A program made the position numbers and the translations under genes. A stretch of 64,000 nt of DNA from Verrucomicrobiaceae bacterium. Its GTDB lineage: Bacteria; Verrucomicrobiota; Verrucomicrobiia; Verrucomicrobiales; Verrucomicrobiaceae. Positions 8,272 through 17,423 of the stretch are shown in pieces (within the stretch, counting starts at the first letter, position 1; each line of letters begins with the position of its first letter). The notes under the pieces were generated by a model. The model was not told the DNA's origin. It saw only the letters and a list, made by a program, of their open reading frames with translations, and made no database searches. The stretch covers positions 601,060 to 665,059 of the forward strand of contig JABTUN010000003.1 in the NCBI GenBank assembly GCA_015075365.1, in the 5' to 3' direction.

Positions 8272-9147
8272 GTGACGCCAGATGCCATTCGTAGTCTCTG
8301 CAGAGACAGGATCGAGAGCCTTGAACATTGGTTGAGGCGATTGATCGACGATGCACTTTCGGAGACTTACGGCGATTACTTTTCTTACACCGATAGTTCC
8401 GGGAACCGACTACTGAAGAAGTCCCTCGTTGAGAGTGTTGCGTCTCGGAGGGCGACTGAGCCAGGTAGATACCCCCGTCCAGTCGACGCAGTTTTACTCG
8501 AAGACGCGATTTATATCGTGTGTCACCCGAGCCTCTATCACGCGCATTTTCGACTTCCCCTCCAGCTTGCGTTTCCCGACGGGGTCGAAGAAGCCAGAAC
8601 ATTCCTCGGCCGTCTTCTGGCATCACGCAATCACCTTGCCCATGCGAACCCGATCAGCGCCAGACAGGCCGAGCAGGTCTTGTGTTACACTGGTGATGTC
8701 ATAGACTCGCTGAAGGAATATTATACAACATTGGGAATGAACAGAGCATTCAACGTTCCAACAATTCTGAAGGTAACCGACTCGTTTGGGAACGAGTTTA
8801 CACGAAGTCAGATGTCACCAGTCCACGACGGTGGCATTTCGATGAACTTTTCTGATCGCCCAGATATGGCGCTGCGACCGGGAGACACCCTCGTGCTTGA
8901 GATTGACGTTGATCCGGCTTTCGACCCTGAGACTTACACTATCCGATGGGCATCCACTAAAGAATGGGACGGAGGGGATCGAGCATCGCCTGTGGTTACC
9001 ATCCCTGTCAGGAGCCGTCAGGTTGGCCAATTGTGGGATGTTCAGTGCCGAATCACCTCCAAGAAGGATTGGCACCGAATGCACATGGGATGTGACGATT
9101 TCCTGATGTTCCACTATGTCGTCTTACCACCAATCAACGCGGCCTAA
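8272..9147 (+). CDS. Integron cassette 1: Swt1-like HEPN-domain protein with C-terminal beta-rich domain
   Basis: IESLEHWLRRLI N-terminal helix and SRNHLAH (RxxxxH) motif. The TAA stop lies inside the attC R'' box (GCCTAAC). More AT-rich than the backbone. Confidence 0.75.
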   Translation: MTPDAIRSLCRDRIESLEHWLRRLIDDALSETYGDYFSYTDSSGNRLLKKSLVESVASRRATEPGRYPRPVDAVLLEDAIYIVCHPSLYHAHFRLPLQLAFPDGVEEARTFLGRLLASRNHLAHANPISARQAEQVLCYTGDVIDSLKEYYTTLGMNRAFNVPTILKVTDSFGNEFTRSQMSPVHDGGISMNFSDRPDMALRPGDTLVLEIDVDPAFDPETYTIRWASTKEWDGGDRASPVVTIPVRSRQVGQLWDVQCRITSKKDWHRMHMGCDDFLMFHYVVLPPINAA

Positions 9148-9234
9148 CAAAACGGATGCAGGCAACGGATCGAAGGCTATCTGTCGTGTCAGCAACGTCC
9201 TGCGCTCGCCGTCGCCTGATCCGAGTCGTTCGCC
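9142..9234 (+). other. attC: attC site 1 (93 bp)
   Basis: R'' GCCTAAC and R' GTTCGCC. L'' CGGATGCAGGCAACGG pairs with L' CCGTCGCCTGATCCG, leaving an extrahelical base. Confidence 0.9.
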
Positions 9235-9265
9235 CAAGAACACCGCCACCCTACCTGCTAAAAAT

Positions 9266-9544
9266 ATGAATCTCACTGATCCCAGATTGATGGAGCCGAC
9301 CACTATTGCAGACCTTGAGCGGAAGATTGCCGAGGAGGTGCGAGCTACAGGGGAAGATCCGGAGGTTATCGATGTGTTACTCGGTTACAGTGAAGATCCC
9401 GAGACCCTCGTTAAGTCATTCGTTAACGCAGTGGTTACTGTGAACGGCGTTGAACGGGTCGTTAGGGTCCTTCCGAAACCCTCACCAGACGACAAGTCGC
9501 TTCAGCTTAGCCGAAGCATCAGAAGGAATCAGTATAAGGCATGA
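9266..9544 (+). CDS. Integron cassette 2 ORF A, small acidic hypothetical protein
   Basis: 92 aa (MNLTDPRLMEPTTIADL...). Start trimmed from 9116 because the upstream part overlaps attC1. Confidence 0.55.
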   Translation: MNLTDPRLMEPTTIADLERKIAEEVRATGEDPEVIDVLLGYSEDPETLVKSFVNAVVTVNGVERVVRVLPKPSPDDKSLQLSRSIRRNQYKA

Positions 9545-9581
9545 GTTTTGGAATGGTTTCGACGCCAGTAACTTCGCAAAT

Positions 9582-9827
9582 ATGGCCACCACACAACGAT
9601 TCACAAAGTTCATCTACCTCAGGGATCACGGCTCAGTCCTTGCATCGACACGGCAACCAGTTGAGTATTGGATACACCCGGATGAGATCGCATCTTTTCA
9701 GATTGCCTGTCCTAGGACGCCAGTAGTTACAGTGCGGCTTCGCAGCCGTCCTGATGATAGAGGGATTGAGGTTCGGGGCACAGAAGCCACAACCCTTCTG
9801 AACGAGCTCCGCGGTCCGAAACGTTGA
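9582..9827 (+). CDS. Integron cassette 2 ORF B, small hypothetical protein
   Basis: 81 aa (MATTQRFTKFIYLRDHG...), lying between ORF A and attC2. Confidence 0.5.
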   Translation: MATTQRFTKFIYLRDHGSVLASTRQPVEYWIHPDEIASFQIACPRTPVVTVRLRSRPDDRGIEVRGTEATTLLNELRGPKR

Positions 9828-9859
9828 AAATGAATCGTTCATCCACATCACAAGCCAAG

Positions 9860-9952
9860 GGCGAACAAGACGGATGCAGGCAACGGCTCGAAGGCTATCT
9901 GTCGTGTCAGCAACGTCTTGCGCTCGCCGTCGCCTGATCCGAAGCGTTCGGC
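9860..9952 (+). other. attC: attC site 2 (93 bp)
   Basis: R'' GGCGAAC is the complement of GTTCGCC at 9228. R' is GTTCGGC. The interior is nearly identical to attC1. Confidence 0.9.
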
Positions 9953-9965
9953 CGCTCCACACGCC

Positions 9966-10205
9966 ATGCCGAAACGAAAGCTCAAAGTCGGAGACAAGAT
10001 TCGGGTCACGGGATACAGGCCCGGAAAGTATCCGCCCGGCATTGTAGATGACATGGGCACGGAGAAGTTGTTCAGGAGTTTGGTCGGACGCCGCTACACA
10101 GTCAGAGGCTTTGATGGTTGCGGACACATTGAGCTACAGCCGAAGCGACTTCACACGGTTTGGATTGAGTCAGACCTCGTGGAGTTGGCTGGGAGGTCAC
10201 GATGA
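9966..10205 (+). CDS. Integron cassette 3: small basic SH3/KOW-like hypothetical protein
   Basis: 79 aa (MPKRKLKVGDKIRVTGY...), starting 14 bp after the attC2 R' box. Confidence 0.6.
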   Translation: MPKRKLKVGDKIRVTGYRPGKYPPGIVDDMGTEKLFRSLVGRRYTVRGFDGCGHIELQPKRLHTVWIESDLVELAGRSR

Positions 10206-10371
10206 CGCGGCCTATGCGCTGCAGCTCTCCGGTCTGCCACTGCCACGATCCGCGAACGTGGACTTCCCTCCGCTGGATGATGGGGGCGCTGATGCGGTGG
10301 CTGGTTCATGCTCTTGAGGCACCACGGCGCTCCGTCTCACTTCTCACTTCTCACATCTTACGGATCACCCC

Positions 10372-10842
10372 TCAGCTTTGCAGCCCCTGGGTGTCGGCGA
10401 GCTTGGCACCGGTGAGGATGATGCCGGCCTGGGTGCTGCGTTTCAAGTTGGCGGCGATGAGGTCGGCGTCGGTGAAGTCGGTGTTGGTGAGGTTGCAGCC
10501 TTCGAGGTTGGCACCGGAGAGATCCGCGCCGCGGAGGCAGGCGTTGCTGAGGTTGGCGTTGCGCATGGAGACGCCGCCGAGATCGGCGCCGCTGAGGTTG
10601 GCGCCGTCGAGGTTGACGCTGTCGAGATTGGCGCCGCTGAAGTCAGCGCCGGACAGATTCGTGCCGGCGAGGTTGGCCTTGGTGAGGGTGGTGCCCACGA
10701 AGTGCGCCTTCGCCAGATTCAGGTCGTTGAGGATGGCCCCGGCGAGGTTCATGCCGGTTTCGTCGATCTTGCGGCCGCTTTTGCCGCCGCTGTCGAGCCA
10801 TTGGGTGTGCGCGAGGAGTTCTTCGTTCGTGATGCTTGCCAT
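10372..10842 (-). CDS. Pentapeptide repeat protein
   Basis: Runs of A(N/D)LxG/x pentapeptides (ANLAG TNLSG ADFSG ANLDS...). Start trimmed to MASITNEEL. Confidence 0.9.
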   Translation of the reverse strand: MASITNEELLAHTQWLDSGGKSGRKIDETGMNLAGAILNDLNLAKAHFVGTTLTKANLAGTNLSGADFSGANLDSVNLDGANLSGADLGGVSMRNANLSNACLRGADLSGANLEGCNLTNTDFTDADLIAANLKRSTQAGIILTGAKLADTQGLQS

Positions 10843-10893
10843 GCGCGCCCAAGGTGAACGGGTGGAAAGCGCGCGCAAATGCCAGTTTGGGTG

Positions 10894-11946
10894 TCATGCA
10901 CCCGGTTTCCACCGGGGGAAGCCGCAGATGTGGACATTGTCGCCAATGGGCAGCACGCGCGCGTGCTCCAGCTCCACGGAGGCGGGCAGGGGATCTCCGG
11001 CGAGGGAGGGACGCCCGCCGCCGCACAGGAGCGGCGCGATGTACCAGTGCGCCTCGTCCACGAGCTGCTCGCGAAAGGCCTGGCCGAGGATGATGCCGCC
11101 GCCTTCAATGAGGACGGTGACGACACCGCGCTCGCCGAGCTGTTTCAAGACATCGCGCAAATCCAGGCCCTGCATGAGCAGGGTGCGGTCCTTGTGCGTG
11201 TCCGTGAGCAGATGGCACTCCGGCGGAAGATTGCCGCTGCGTGTGAGCACGACACGCCAGGGCTGCTCTTTGCCGGTGGCGGCGCAGCCATCCCGCAGGG
11301 TGAGCTGCGGATTGTCCTTCCGCACGGTCTCCGCGCCGATAAGGATGGCGTCCGCCCGCATGCGCAGCCGGCGTCCATGCATGCGCGCGGCGTCGCTGGT
11401 GAGCCACTGTCCCTCCCCGGCGGGGCGGGTGATGCGGCCGTCGAGGCTCTGGCCCGCCTTCACGATCACATAGGGCAGGCCGGTGGTGACCCATTTGGCA
11501 AAGGGGCGGATGAGCCGCGTGCAATCCTCCAGCAGCACGCCGGAGGTGACCGCGATGCCCGCGCGGCCGAGGATCTCCCGCGCGCGCTGGTGGTGCTTGG
11601 GATTGGGGTCATCCGCACCGAAGACGACGCGCTTCAGGCCTGCGGCCTGGATGGCATCCGTGCAGGGCGGGGTGCGGCCATGTGTGCAGCACGGCTCCAA
11701 GGTGACGTAGATGGTGGCTCCGGGCAGCAGCTTGGGGAAGGCGGTCCTGGCATCCTGGATGGCCACAACTTCGGCATGGGGACCACCAGCCTTGGCATGG
11801 TAGCCCTGGCCGATCACGCGGTCCTGCGCCACGATGACCGCGCCCACCGGCGGATTGGGGCTGGTCAGGCCGATGCCGCGTTTCGCTTGATCGAGCGCCA
11901 GGTGCATCCAGCGGGCGTCGGAGTCGGTTTTGTCATGAATGGCCAT
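10894..11946 (-). CDS. ribD: Bifunctional riboflavin biosynthesis deaminase/reductase
   Basis: PNPPVGAVIV, HAEVVAI, TLEPCCTHGRTPPC, and a reductase part KAGQSLDGRI..IEGGG. Confidence 0.96.
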   Translation of the reverse strand: MAIHDKTDSDARWMHLALDQAKRGIGLTSPNPPVGAVIVAQDRVIGQGYHAKAGGPHAEVVAIQDARTAFPKLLPGATIYVTLEPCCTHGRTPPCTDAIQAAGLKRVVFGADDPNPKHHQRAREILGRAGIAVTSGVLLEDCTRLIRPFAKWVTTGLPYVIVKAGQSLDGRITRPAGEGQWLTSDAARMHGRRLRMRADAILIGAETVRKDNPQLTLRDGCAATGKEQPWRVVLTRSGNLPPECHLLTDTHKDRTLLMQGLDLRDVLKQLGERGVVTVLIEGGGIILGQAFREQLVDEAHWYIAPLLCGGGRPSLAGDPLPASVELEHARVLPIGDNVHICGFPRWKPGA

Positions 11947-12062
11947 CGAAAGGCCTGCTTTTTACTCATTTGGAAAGGGTTTCGCCAATGAGATGATTGT
12001 CTAATTGTCGTCAAAACTTGCCGGGGTGTCCGCCTGCGGCGAGAATTTCCCACCACCGGGCG

Positions 12063-13061
12063 ATGAATCTCTCCGCAAAAGCCTCCCTCTACCGCGAACT
12101 GGCGAAGCTGGTGGGCGCGGCCTTTCATCTGGACCGCGCGCTGGAGATCCTGCTGGGGCAGCAGCCATCCCACGCGCGGCGCGCCTGGCTGCTGGGGCTG
12201 AAACAGGGCCTTGGCGGCGGGCTGGGCGTGGCGGAGGCAGTGCAGTCGCACAACGCCGCCTTTTCCGGGCCGCTGGAGGTCACCCTGATCTCCGCTGGCG
12301 AGCGCAGCGGACGCCTGGCGGACGCGTTTAGTCATCTGGCACGCTATTTTGAGGTGTGGGAGCTGGGGCTGCGGCAGATGCGCGCCGCGCTCGTCTATCC
12401 GCTGGTGCTGGCGCACCTGGGCATCATCCTGCCGGAGATTCCCGCGCTCGTGACGGCGGAGATGAACGGCACGGAGGACAGCCCGGCGCGGCGCATCCTC
12501 ATCTATGTGCTCGTCTTCTGGCTGCTGCTGGTGCTGGTGGCGATGGCGTGGCGCTGGGTCTCACGCCGGGGGACGGAGTCGGCGGCGGTGGAGCGCTGGC
12601 TGTGGCGTCTGCCGCTCATCGGCGCGGTGCGCAGGCACTGGGCGCTGGCGCGCTTTGCCCAGGTGTTTCACGCCTGCCTGCTGGCCGGCATGCGCATGAC
12701 GGAGTGCATGCGCCTGTCCGGGGAGGCATCCCACTGTGGCGTGCTGCGCCAGGCGGCGGAGGACGCGGCCCGGAAAATCGCCACCGGGGAGATGATCGGC
12801 GGCGCGATGGCGGATGTGCACGGGTTTCCGCTCATCTTTGTCCACAGCGTGCAGACGGCGGAGGAGGCGGGCACGCTGGACCGGGAGATGAACAGTTGGG
12901 CCGCCTCGGAAATGATCGAGGCCCAGGACGCGCTGCAGCGTGCCACCGCGTGGATGCCGAAGGTCTTTTATCTCCTTGTCGTCGTGTATGTCGTCTATCG
13001 CATCTTCGCCCTGGTTTCCGGCTACTTTGGCGAGGTCAGCCGCCTCCAGGAGATGATTTGA
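12063..13061 (+). CDS. Type II secretion system F / PilC family inner-membrane protein
   Basis: AGERSGRLADAF, ALVYPLV and AEEAGTLD two-repeat architecture. Start trimmed to MNLSAK. Confidence 0.85.
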   Translation: MNLSAKASLYRELAKLVGAAFHLDRALEILLGQQPSHARRAWLLGLKQGLGGGLGVAEAVQSHNAAFSGPLEVTLISAGERSGRLADAFSHLARYFEVWELGLRQMRAALVYPLVLAHLGIILPEIPALVTAEMNGTEDSPARRILIYVLVFWLLLVLVAMAWRWVSRRGTESAAVERWLWRLPLIGAVRRHWALARFAQVFHACLLAGMRMTECMRLSGEASHCGVLRQAAEDAARKIATGEMIGGAMADVHGFPLIFVHSVQTAEEAGTLDREMNSWAASEMIEAQDALQRATAWMPKVFYLLVVVYVVYRIFALVSGYFGEVSRLQEMI

Positions 13062-13129
13062 GGCAGGACGGCAGCAGGAAGGCAACCCTGCGCTTGAAGG
13101 CAGGGGAAACCCAGGCCATTCCTCCGCAC

Positions 13130-13498
13130 ATGACCGCCCCGCCTGTCAGCTATAAAACCGGCAATGAAAAGCTCATCAAGGTGCTGCCCAATGCCTCGAA
13201 CCGCCTGCTCGGCCTGCTGAAGAAGCAGGGCCGCGCGGAGCACGGGGCGCTGCGCATCGCGGTGGTCGGCGGTGGCTGCTCCGGATTGCAATACAAGATG
13301 GACCTCGTCGATGGACCGGCGAACCGGGACATCATGGTCACCTCCGCGGAGGTTCGCGTCGTGATCGACCCCAAAAGCGCTCTTTTTGTCTCGGGTTCGG
13401 AACTGGACTACAGCGACGATCTGCAAAGCGGTGGCTTCAAAGTGAAGAACCCCAACGCCGTGGTCACCTGCTCGTGCGGGGAGAGTTTTTCGGCCTGA
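13130..13498 (+). CDS. HesB/IscA family Fe-S cluster assembly accessory protein
   Basis: LRIAVVGGGCSGLQY, NPNAVVTCSCGESFS. Confidence 0.93.
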   Translation: MTAPPVSYKTGNEKLIKVLPNASNRLLGLLKKQGRAEHGALRIAVVGGGCSGLQYKMDLVDGPANRDIMVTSAEVRVVIDPKSALFVSGSELDYSDDLQSGGFKVKNPNAVVTCSCGESFSA

Positions 13499-13510
13499 GG
13501 ACCGTGACAC

Positions 13511-14047
13511 ATGACGGACTTCTTCGCGCTTCTCGGCCTGCCGCGCTCCGCCGCGCTCGATGAGGCCGTTTTGCAGGCCGCGTGGCATGAAAAGAGCCGC
13601 GTGGCGCATCCGGACCAGCCGGGAGGGAGCGCGGCCCTGGCCGCGGAGGTCAACGCGGCTTATGAAACGCTCTCCGCGCCGGAAAAACGCCTCAAGCACC
13701 TGCTGGAACTCCACGCCGTGCCCTGGCGGGCGATTCCCATCCCGGAGGATTTGATGCGCTTGTTCAGCCGGATCGGACCGGTGCTCCAGCAGGCTGCCGC
13801 GCTGGTCAAAAAAAAGCAGCAGGCCGCCAGCGCCCTCGCCCGCGCGCTGCTGGCACCGCAGGAGATGCGGCTGCGGGAGGACTTGGAGGAACTGGGCACA
13901 TGCATCGAAGCCCGGCGCGGAGAAATCCTCGCATCGCTCCCGCCCACGGACGCGGGCCTGAAGCAACTCCAGGTGGACCAGGCCACCCTGGCCTACCTGG
14001 CGAAATGGCAGGGCCAGATCCGTGAGGCCCTGCTGGCGCTTATGTGA
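13511..14047 (+). CDS. hscB: HscB-like J-domain co-chaperone
   Basis: MTDFFALLGL..HPD..VNAAYETL..RLKHLL, immediately downstream of the IscA-family gene. Confidence 0.75.
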   Translation: MTDFFALLGLPRSAALDEAVLQAAWHEKSRVAHPDQPGGSAALAAEVNAAYETLSAPEKRLKHLLELHAVPWRAIPIPEDLMRLFSRIGPVLQQAAALVKKKQQAASALARALLAPQEMRLREDLEELGTCIEARRGEILASLPPTDAGLKQLQVDQATLAYLAKWQGQIREALLALM

Positions 14048-14160
14048 GGGCGGCATGTTTCTTCGGCAGGCCACCTGCGCTGATGGAGCTGAAGCGCAGA
14101 CCGGTCCAGGCTCCAAGAAATGATTGCCAGGAGAACAAGTGTCATGCTAAAACGCATGAC

Positions 14161-15582
14161 ATGAGGCTCGTTGCCATATTTGTGCTCCTCTGGGACGTCA
14201 TGGCGTTTTGTGCAGCGGCTGCAGCGCTGCAAACGGTGGCTTTTCCGGACGGGTTTCGAGTTGAGATTCTTCGTTCTGAACTTGCGTCGAAAATGATCCA
14301 TGCCAAGCCGCCGCTGGGGGAGGCGGAGAAGATCGCGCCACCTTCTTACAGTCATGGCCTGGACACGGTGTTTTACCGGGCATGGATTGAAAGGCAAGGG
14401 GCGGGCCAGGATGGGCACTTTCAGCGGGCGACTTGGAGTTTCAGCAGCGGCACTCCTGGACTCATGTTGCTCGTGAGGGCTGTAGAAGGCTCAGGCGCGG
14501 CCTACCCTGGCTCCGTGTGTTCCATGGACGGTGACTCCAAATATCATGAATGGAGCGAGCCAGTGCGCATAGGAAGTTGCATCAAAGAGCTCGATTCCAT
14601 GCCCGCAGGTTCAATCGAGGACCTGCCGCTCCATTTTCAAATCACTGATGGAGGAGACGGCTGGAGAGACATGGACGGCCCGGTTATTTTTGATTCCTCA
14701 GAGGGTGTTGGCATCTGCTCCGTGCATGTGTTTCCGAGGCGCATCCCGGAGTTGAAACTTCGCGTTATGCGAAAGGGGTGGCCCACGCAAATCCTCACGC
14801 TGAAGAATCCTGGGTATCAGCCCTCGGCTCCACCTTTTGTTGCCAATGCGAAAGCGCCCGCCGTCCGATTCAATGAATTGTTCGAGGTTACTTTGAGAAC
14901 CTTGGACATTCGTATGGATGGCAAGGGGAAAAGATTCCGGCCCATGCTTGGGCACAAGTCTTTCATCACTCCATCCGGATGGAGACGGAATAGCGTGCAA
15001 TCCCTCACCGCTGCTTACGACGCCACGGGGAACTATTATCCCGCAGGCCGTTTCATGGATCGCATCACGCCACTGCCTGGCGAGCACCTATTCCGTCTTA
15101 CCTACCGCCTGCAAAAATCTATGGAACTATACCCCTGGCGTGAGTCTGAAACGGAGATCATCGCCGAGGGAAAGGCAGACGCCGCAGGCGGCCTGCCGAC
15201 GGCAAGTCTGAACCACAGAGGACGCGAACTCGGTCTCAAGAGGATCGAGTTCCTGCCGCCGCAAAGGAAGGACAGGTCGCTTTACTTCAATTTGCCGTGG
15301 AACTTTAGATTCACGCTGCATGGCAAGGATGACGGTTCTCCTGAATTGGATGACATGCATGTCTGCATCCTCACCGAGACTGCAGGGGCTCAGAAGGAGA
15401 TCAACGGACCGAAGACAGGCAGTTCCGTGCTCAAAGTGTTGGGACTCTTTCAGGTCAGGAACTATGACCTGGATTATCATTGGCTTGGCACCTTGAAGCC
15501 TGGGGAGGCTTTCCGGGTGGGCCTGATCAAAAAGAAGTTCGAAGAGTTCGAGTTTCTCGTCGATCTCGATGCGGCAAAGTAG
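14161..15582 (+). CDS. Hypothetical secreted protein
   Basis: 473-aa ORF with signal-peptide-like MRLVAIFVLLW..AAAA. Composition differs from its flanks and no motif was recognised. Confidence 0.7.
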   Translation: MRLVAIFVLLWDVMAFCAAAAALQTVAFPDGFRVEILRSELASKMIHAKPPLGEAEKIAPPSYSHGLDTVFYRAWIERQGAGQDGHFQRATWSFSSGTPGLMLLVRAVEGSGAAYPGSVCSMDGDSKYHEWSEPVRIGSCIKELDSMPAGSIEDLPLHFQITDGGDGWRDMDGPVIFDSSEGVGICSVHVFPRRIPELKLRVMRKGWPTQILTLKNPGYQPSAPPFVANAKAPAVRFNELFEVTLRTLDIRMDGKGKRFRPMLGHKSFITPSGWRRNSVQSLTAAYDATGNYYPAGRFMDRITPLPGEHLFRLTYRLQKSMELYPWRESETEIIAEGKADAAGGLPTASLNHRGRELGLKRIEFLPPQRKDRSLYFNLPWNFRFTLHGKDDGSPELDDMHVCILTETAGAQKEINGPKTGSSVLKVLGLFQVRNYDLDYHWLGTLKPGEAFRVGLIKKKFEEFEFLVDLDAAK

Positions 15583-15631
15583 CCCCTGTTCCTGCGGAAC
15601 AGGGAATCTCTCTTGTTGTGAAACAACGAGG

Positions 15632-16807
15632 TTACTTGGGCCGCACCTCGTTCACAAACTCCTCCATCAAATCCATCGCCTTCGCGATGAGCTCGGGGGC
15701 GGTGGCGTAGCAGCAGCGGACAAAGCCTTCGCCGGCGCTGCTGAAGGCGCTGCCGGGGACGACGGCCACGCTCTTCTTTTGCAGGAGCTGGATGGCGAAT
15801 TCTTTGCTCGTGAGGCCGGTGCTGCGGATGTCCGGGAAGACGTAGAAGGCACCGCCGGGATTGAAGCAATGCAGGCCCATGCCGTTGAGTCGGCTGACGA
15901 TGAGATTGCGGCGCTGCTCGTAGCTTTGGCGCATGTCCTCATACGCGGACGCTCCCATCTTGAGCGCCTCGATGCCGGCCATCTGGCTCATGATCGGGGC
16001 GCAGAGCATGCAGTATTGATGGATCTTCATCATCGCCTCGCGCAGCGGCGCGGGGGCGCAGGCATAGCCGAGACGCCAGCCGGTCATCGCGAAGGCCTTG
16101 CTGAAGCCGTGCAGCAGCACGGTGCGCTCACGCATGCCGGGGAATTCGACGATGCTCTTGTGCTGGCGGCCGTCGTAAAGCAGCTCGCTGTAGATCTCAT
16201 CGGTGAAGACGAGCAGGTCGTGCTTCACGGCGAGCGCGGCGATCTTTTCCAGCTCCTCGTGCGGCATGATGCCGCCGGTGGGATTGGTCGGGAAATTCAT
16301 TGCGATGACCTTCGTCTTCGGCGTGATGGCCTTTTCGACATCGGCCGCCATGAGCGCGAATTCGTTCTCCTCACGCGTCTGAACGACCACGGGCACGCCG
16401 TAGGCCATTTTGATGCTGGGCGAGTAGCTGACGTAGCAGGGCTCGTGGTAGATGACTTCGTCGCCGGGGTTCAAAACGGCGCGGAAGGCCAGGTCGAGCG
16501 CCTCGGACACGCCGACGGTGACGAGGATCTCCGTCTTCGGATCGTAGGTGACGCGGAATTGCTTCGTGACGTAGTCGCTGATGGCGACGCGGAGCGATTC
16601 GAGGCCGAGATTCGAGGTGTAGCTCGTCTGGCCTTTCTCCAGCGAGCGGATGACCGCCTCGCGGATGGGCCAGGGGGTCGGTTTGTCCGGCTCGCCGACG
16701 CCGAGGGAGATGACATCGGTGCGGCCGATGACGAGTTCGAAGAAGTCGCGAATGCCGGAGCGCGGCAGATCGCGGATCTGCGTGCAGAGTTTGCTGTCGT
16801 AGTCCAT
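15632..16807 (-). CDS. PLP-dependent aminotransferase class I/II (AlaT/YugH-like)
   Basis: [40 protein letters not shown] (PLP lysine). Confidence 0.92.
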   Translation of the reverse strand: MDYDSKLCTQIRDLPRSGIRDFFELVIGRTDVISLGVGEPDKPTPWPIREAVIRSLEKGQTSYTSNLGLESLRVAISDYVTKQFRVTYDPKTEILVTVGVSEALDLAFRAVLNPGDEVIYHEPCYVSYSPSIKMAYGVPVVVQTREENEFALMAADVEKAITPKTKVIAMNFPTNPTGGIMPHEELEKIAALAVKHDLLVFTDEIYSELLYDGRQHKSIVEFPGMRERTVLLHGFSKAFAMTGWRLGYACAPAPLREAMMKIHQYCMLCAPIMSQMAGIEALKMGASAYEDMRQSYEQRRNLIVSRLNGMGLHCFNPGGAFYVFPDIRSTGLTSKEFAIQLLQKKSVAVVPGSAFSSAGEGFVRCCYATAPELIAKAMDLMEEFVNEVRPK

Positions 16808-16832
16808 GGGATGGTTGGTCCTCGGCGAATGT

Positions 16833-17312
16833 TTATGGACTGACGGGCAGACGCTCTTCGTCATCGCCCGGATTCACGAGGAACCCACCCTCCTTGTAGG
16901 CCTTGAGCTGGAAACGCGTGGCCGTGCTGAGCACGCCGCCGAGCGTCGAGAGCTTTTCCGCGACAAAGTTGGCCACATCGAGCAGGTCCTTGCCCTCGAC
17001 GATCACCGCGAGGTCATAGCCGCCGCTCATGAGGAAGCACTCGCGCACCTGGTCAAATTTTGCGATGCGCTTCGCCAGCCGGTCAAAGCCACCATCGCGC
17101 TCAGGCGTGATGCGCACCTCGATGAGTGCCGTGACGCCGCGGTGGCCGGCCTTGAGGCGGTCCACGACCGCGGAGTAGCCCAAAATCGTCCCGTCCGCCT
17201 CGGCGGCGGCGATGCGGGCGGCGACTTCGGATTCCGTGATGCCGAGGAGACGAGCCAGCTCCGCAGGCGAGCGCCGGGAGTTGTTGTGGAGGAGTTCGAT
17301 GAGCGGGTCCAT
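16833..17312 (-). CDS. Lrp/AsnC family transcriptional regulator (AlaR/YugG-like)
   Basis: [27 protein letters not shown] and [10 protein letters not shown] AsnC domain, directly upstream of the aminotransferase. Confidence 0.9.
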   Translation of the reverse strand: MDPLIELLHNNSRRSPAELARLLGITESEVAARIAAAEADGTILGYSAVVDRLKAGHRGVTALIEVRITPERDGGFDRLAKRIAKFDQVRECFLMSGGYDLAVIVEGKDLLDVANFVAEKLSTLGGVLSTATRFQLKAYKEGGFLVNPGDDEERLPVSP

Positions 17313-17423
17313 AAGGATAGGGGCGCGGAGGATAGCAGGCGAAGGCGTTTTGAACAGGAGGAAGTGCGTGCCGCGCATCTTCCTCCTTGTCTCGCGGGCG
17401 GCTTGTTTGATGATCAGAGAACT

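Noticed and set aside
9142-9952. 93-bp direct repeats as CRISPR repeats or an IS
   Set aside because: They have attC box structure and flank whole ORFs with complementary cores.
10205-10320. Third attC after cassette 3
   Set aside because: There is a weak ATGCGCTGCAGC resemblance, but no GCCGAAC R'' and no paired L boxes.
10430-10750. 15-bp periodicity as a DNA repeat element
   Set aside because: Fully explained by the pentapeptide-repeat protein.
16806-17423. N-terminal extension of RecQ (and the 602-aa Lrp ORF)
   Set aside because: The extensions overlap the divergent partner gene; the real starts are about 17424 (recQ) and 17312 (Lrp).
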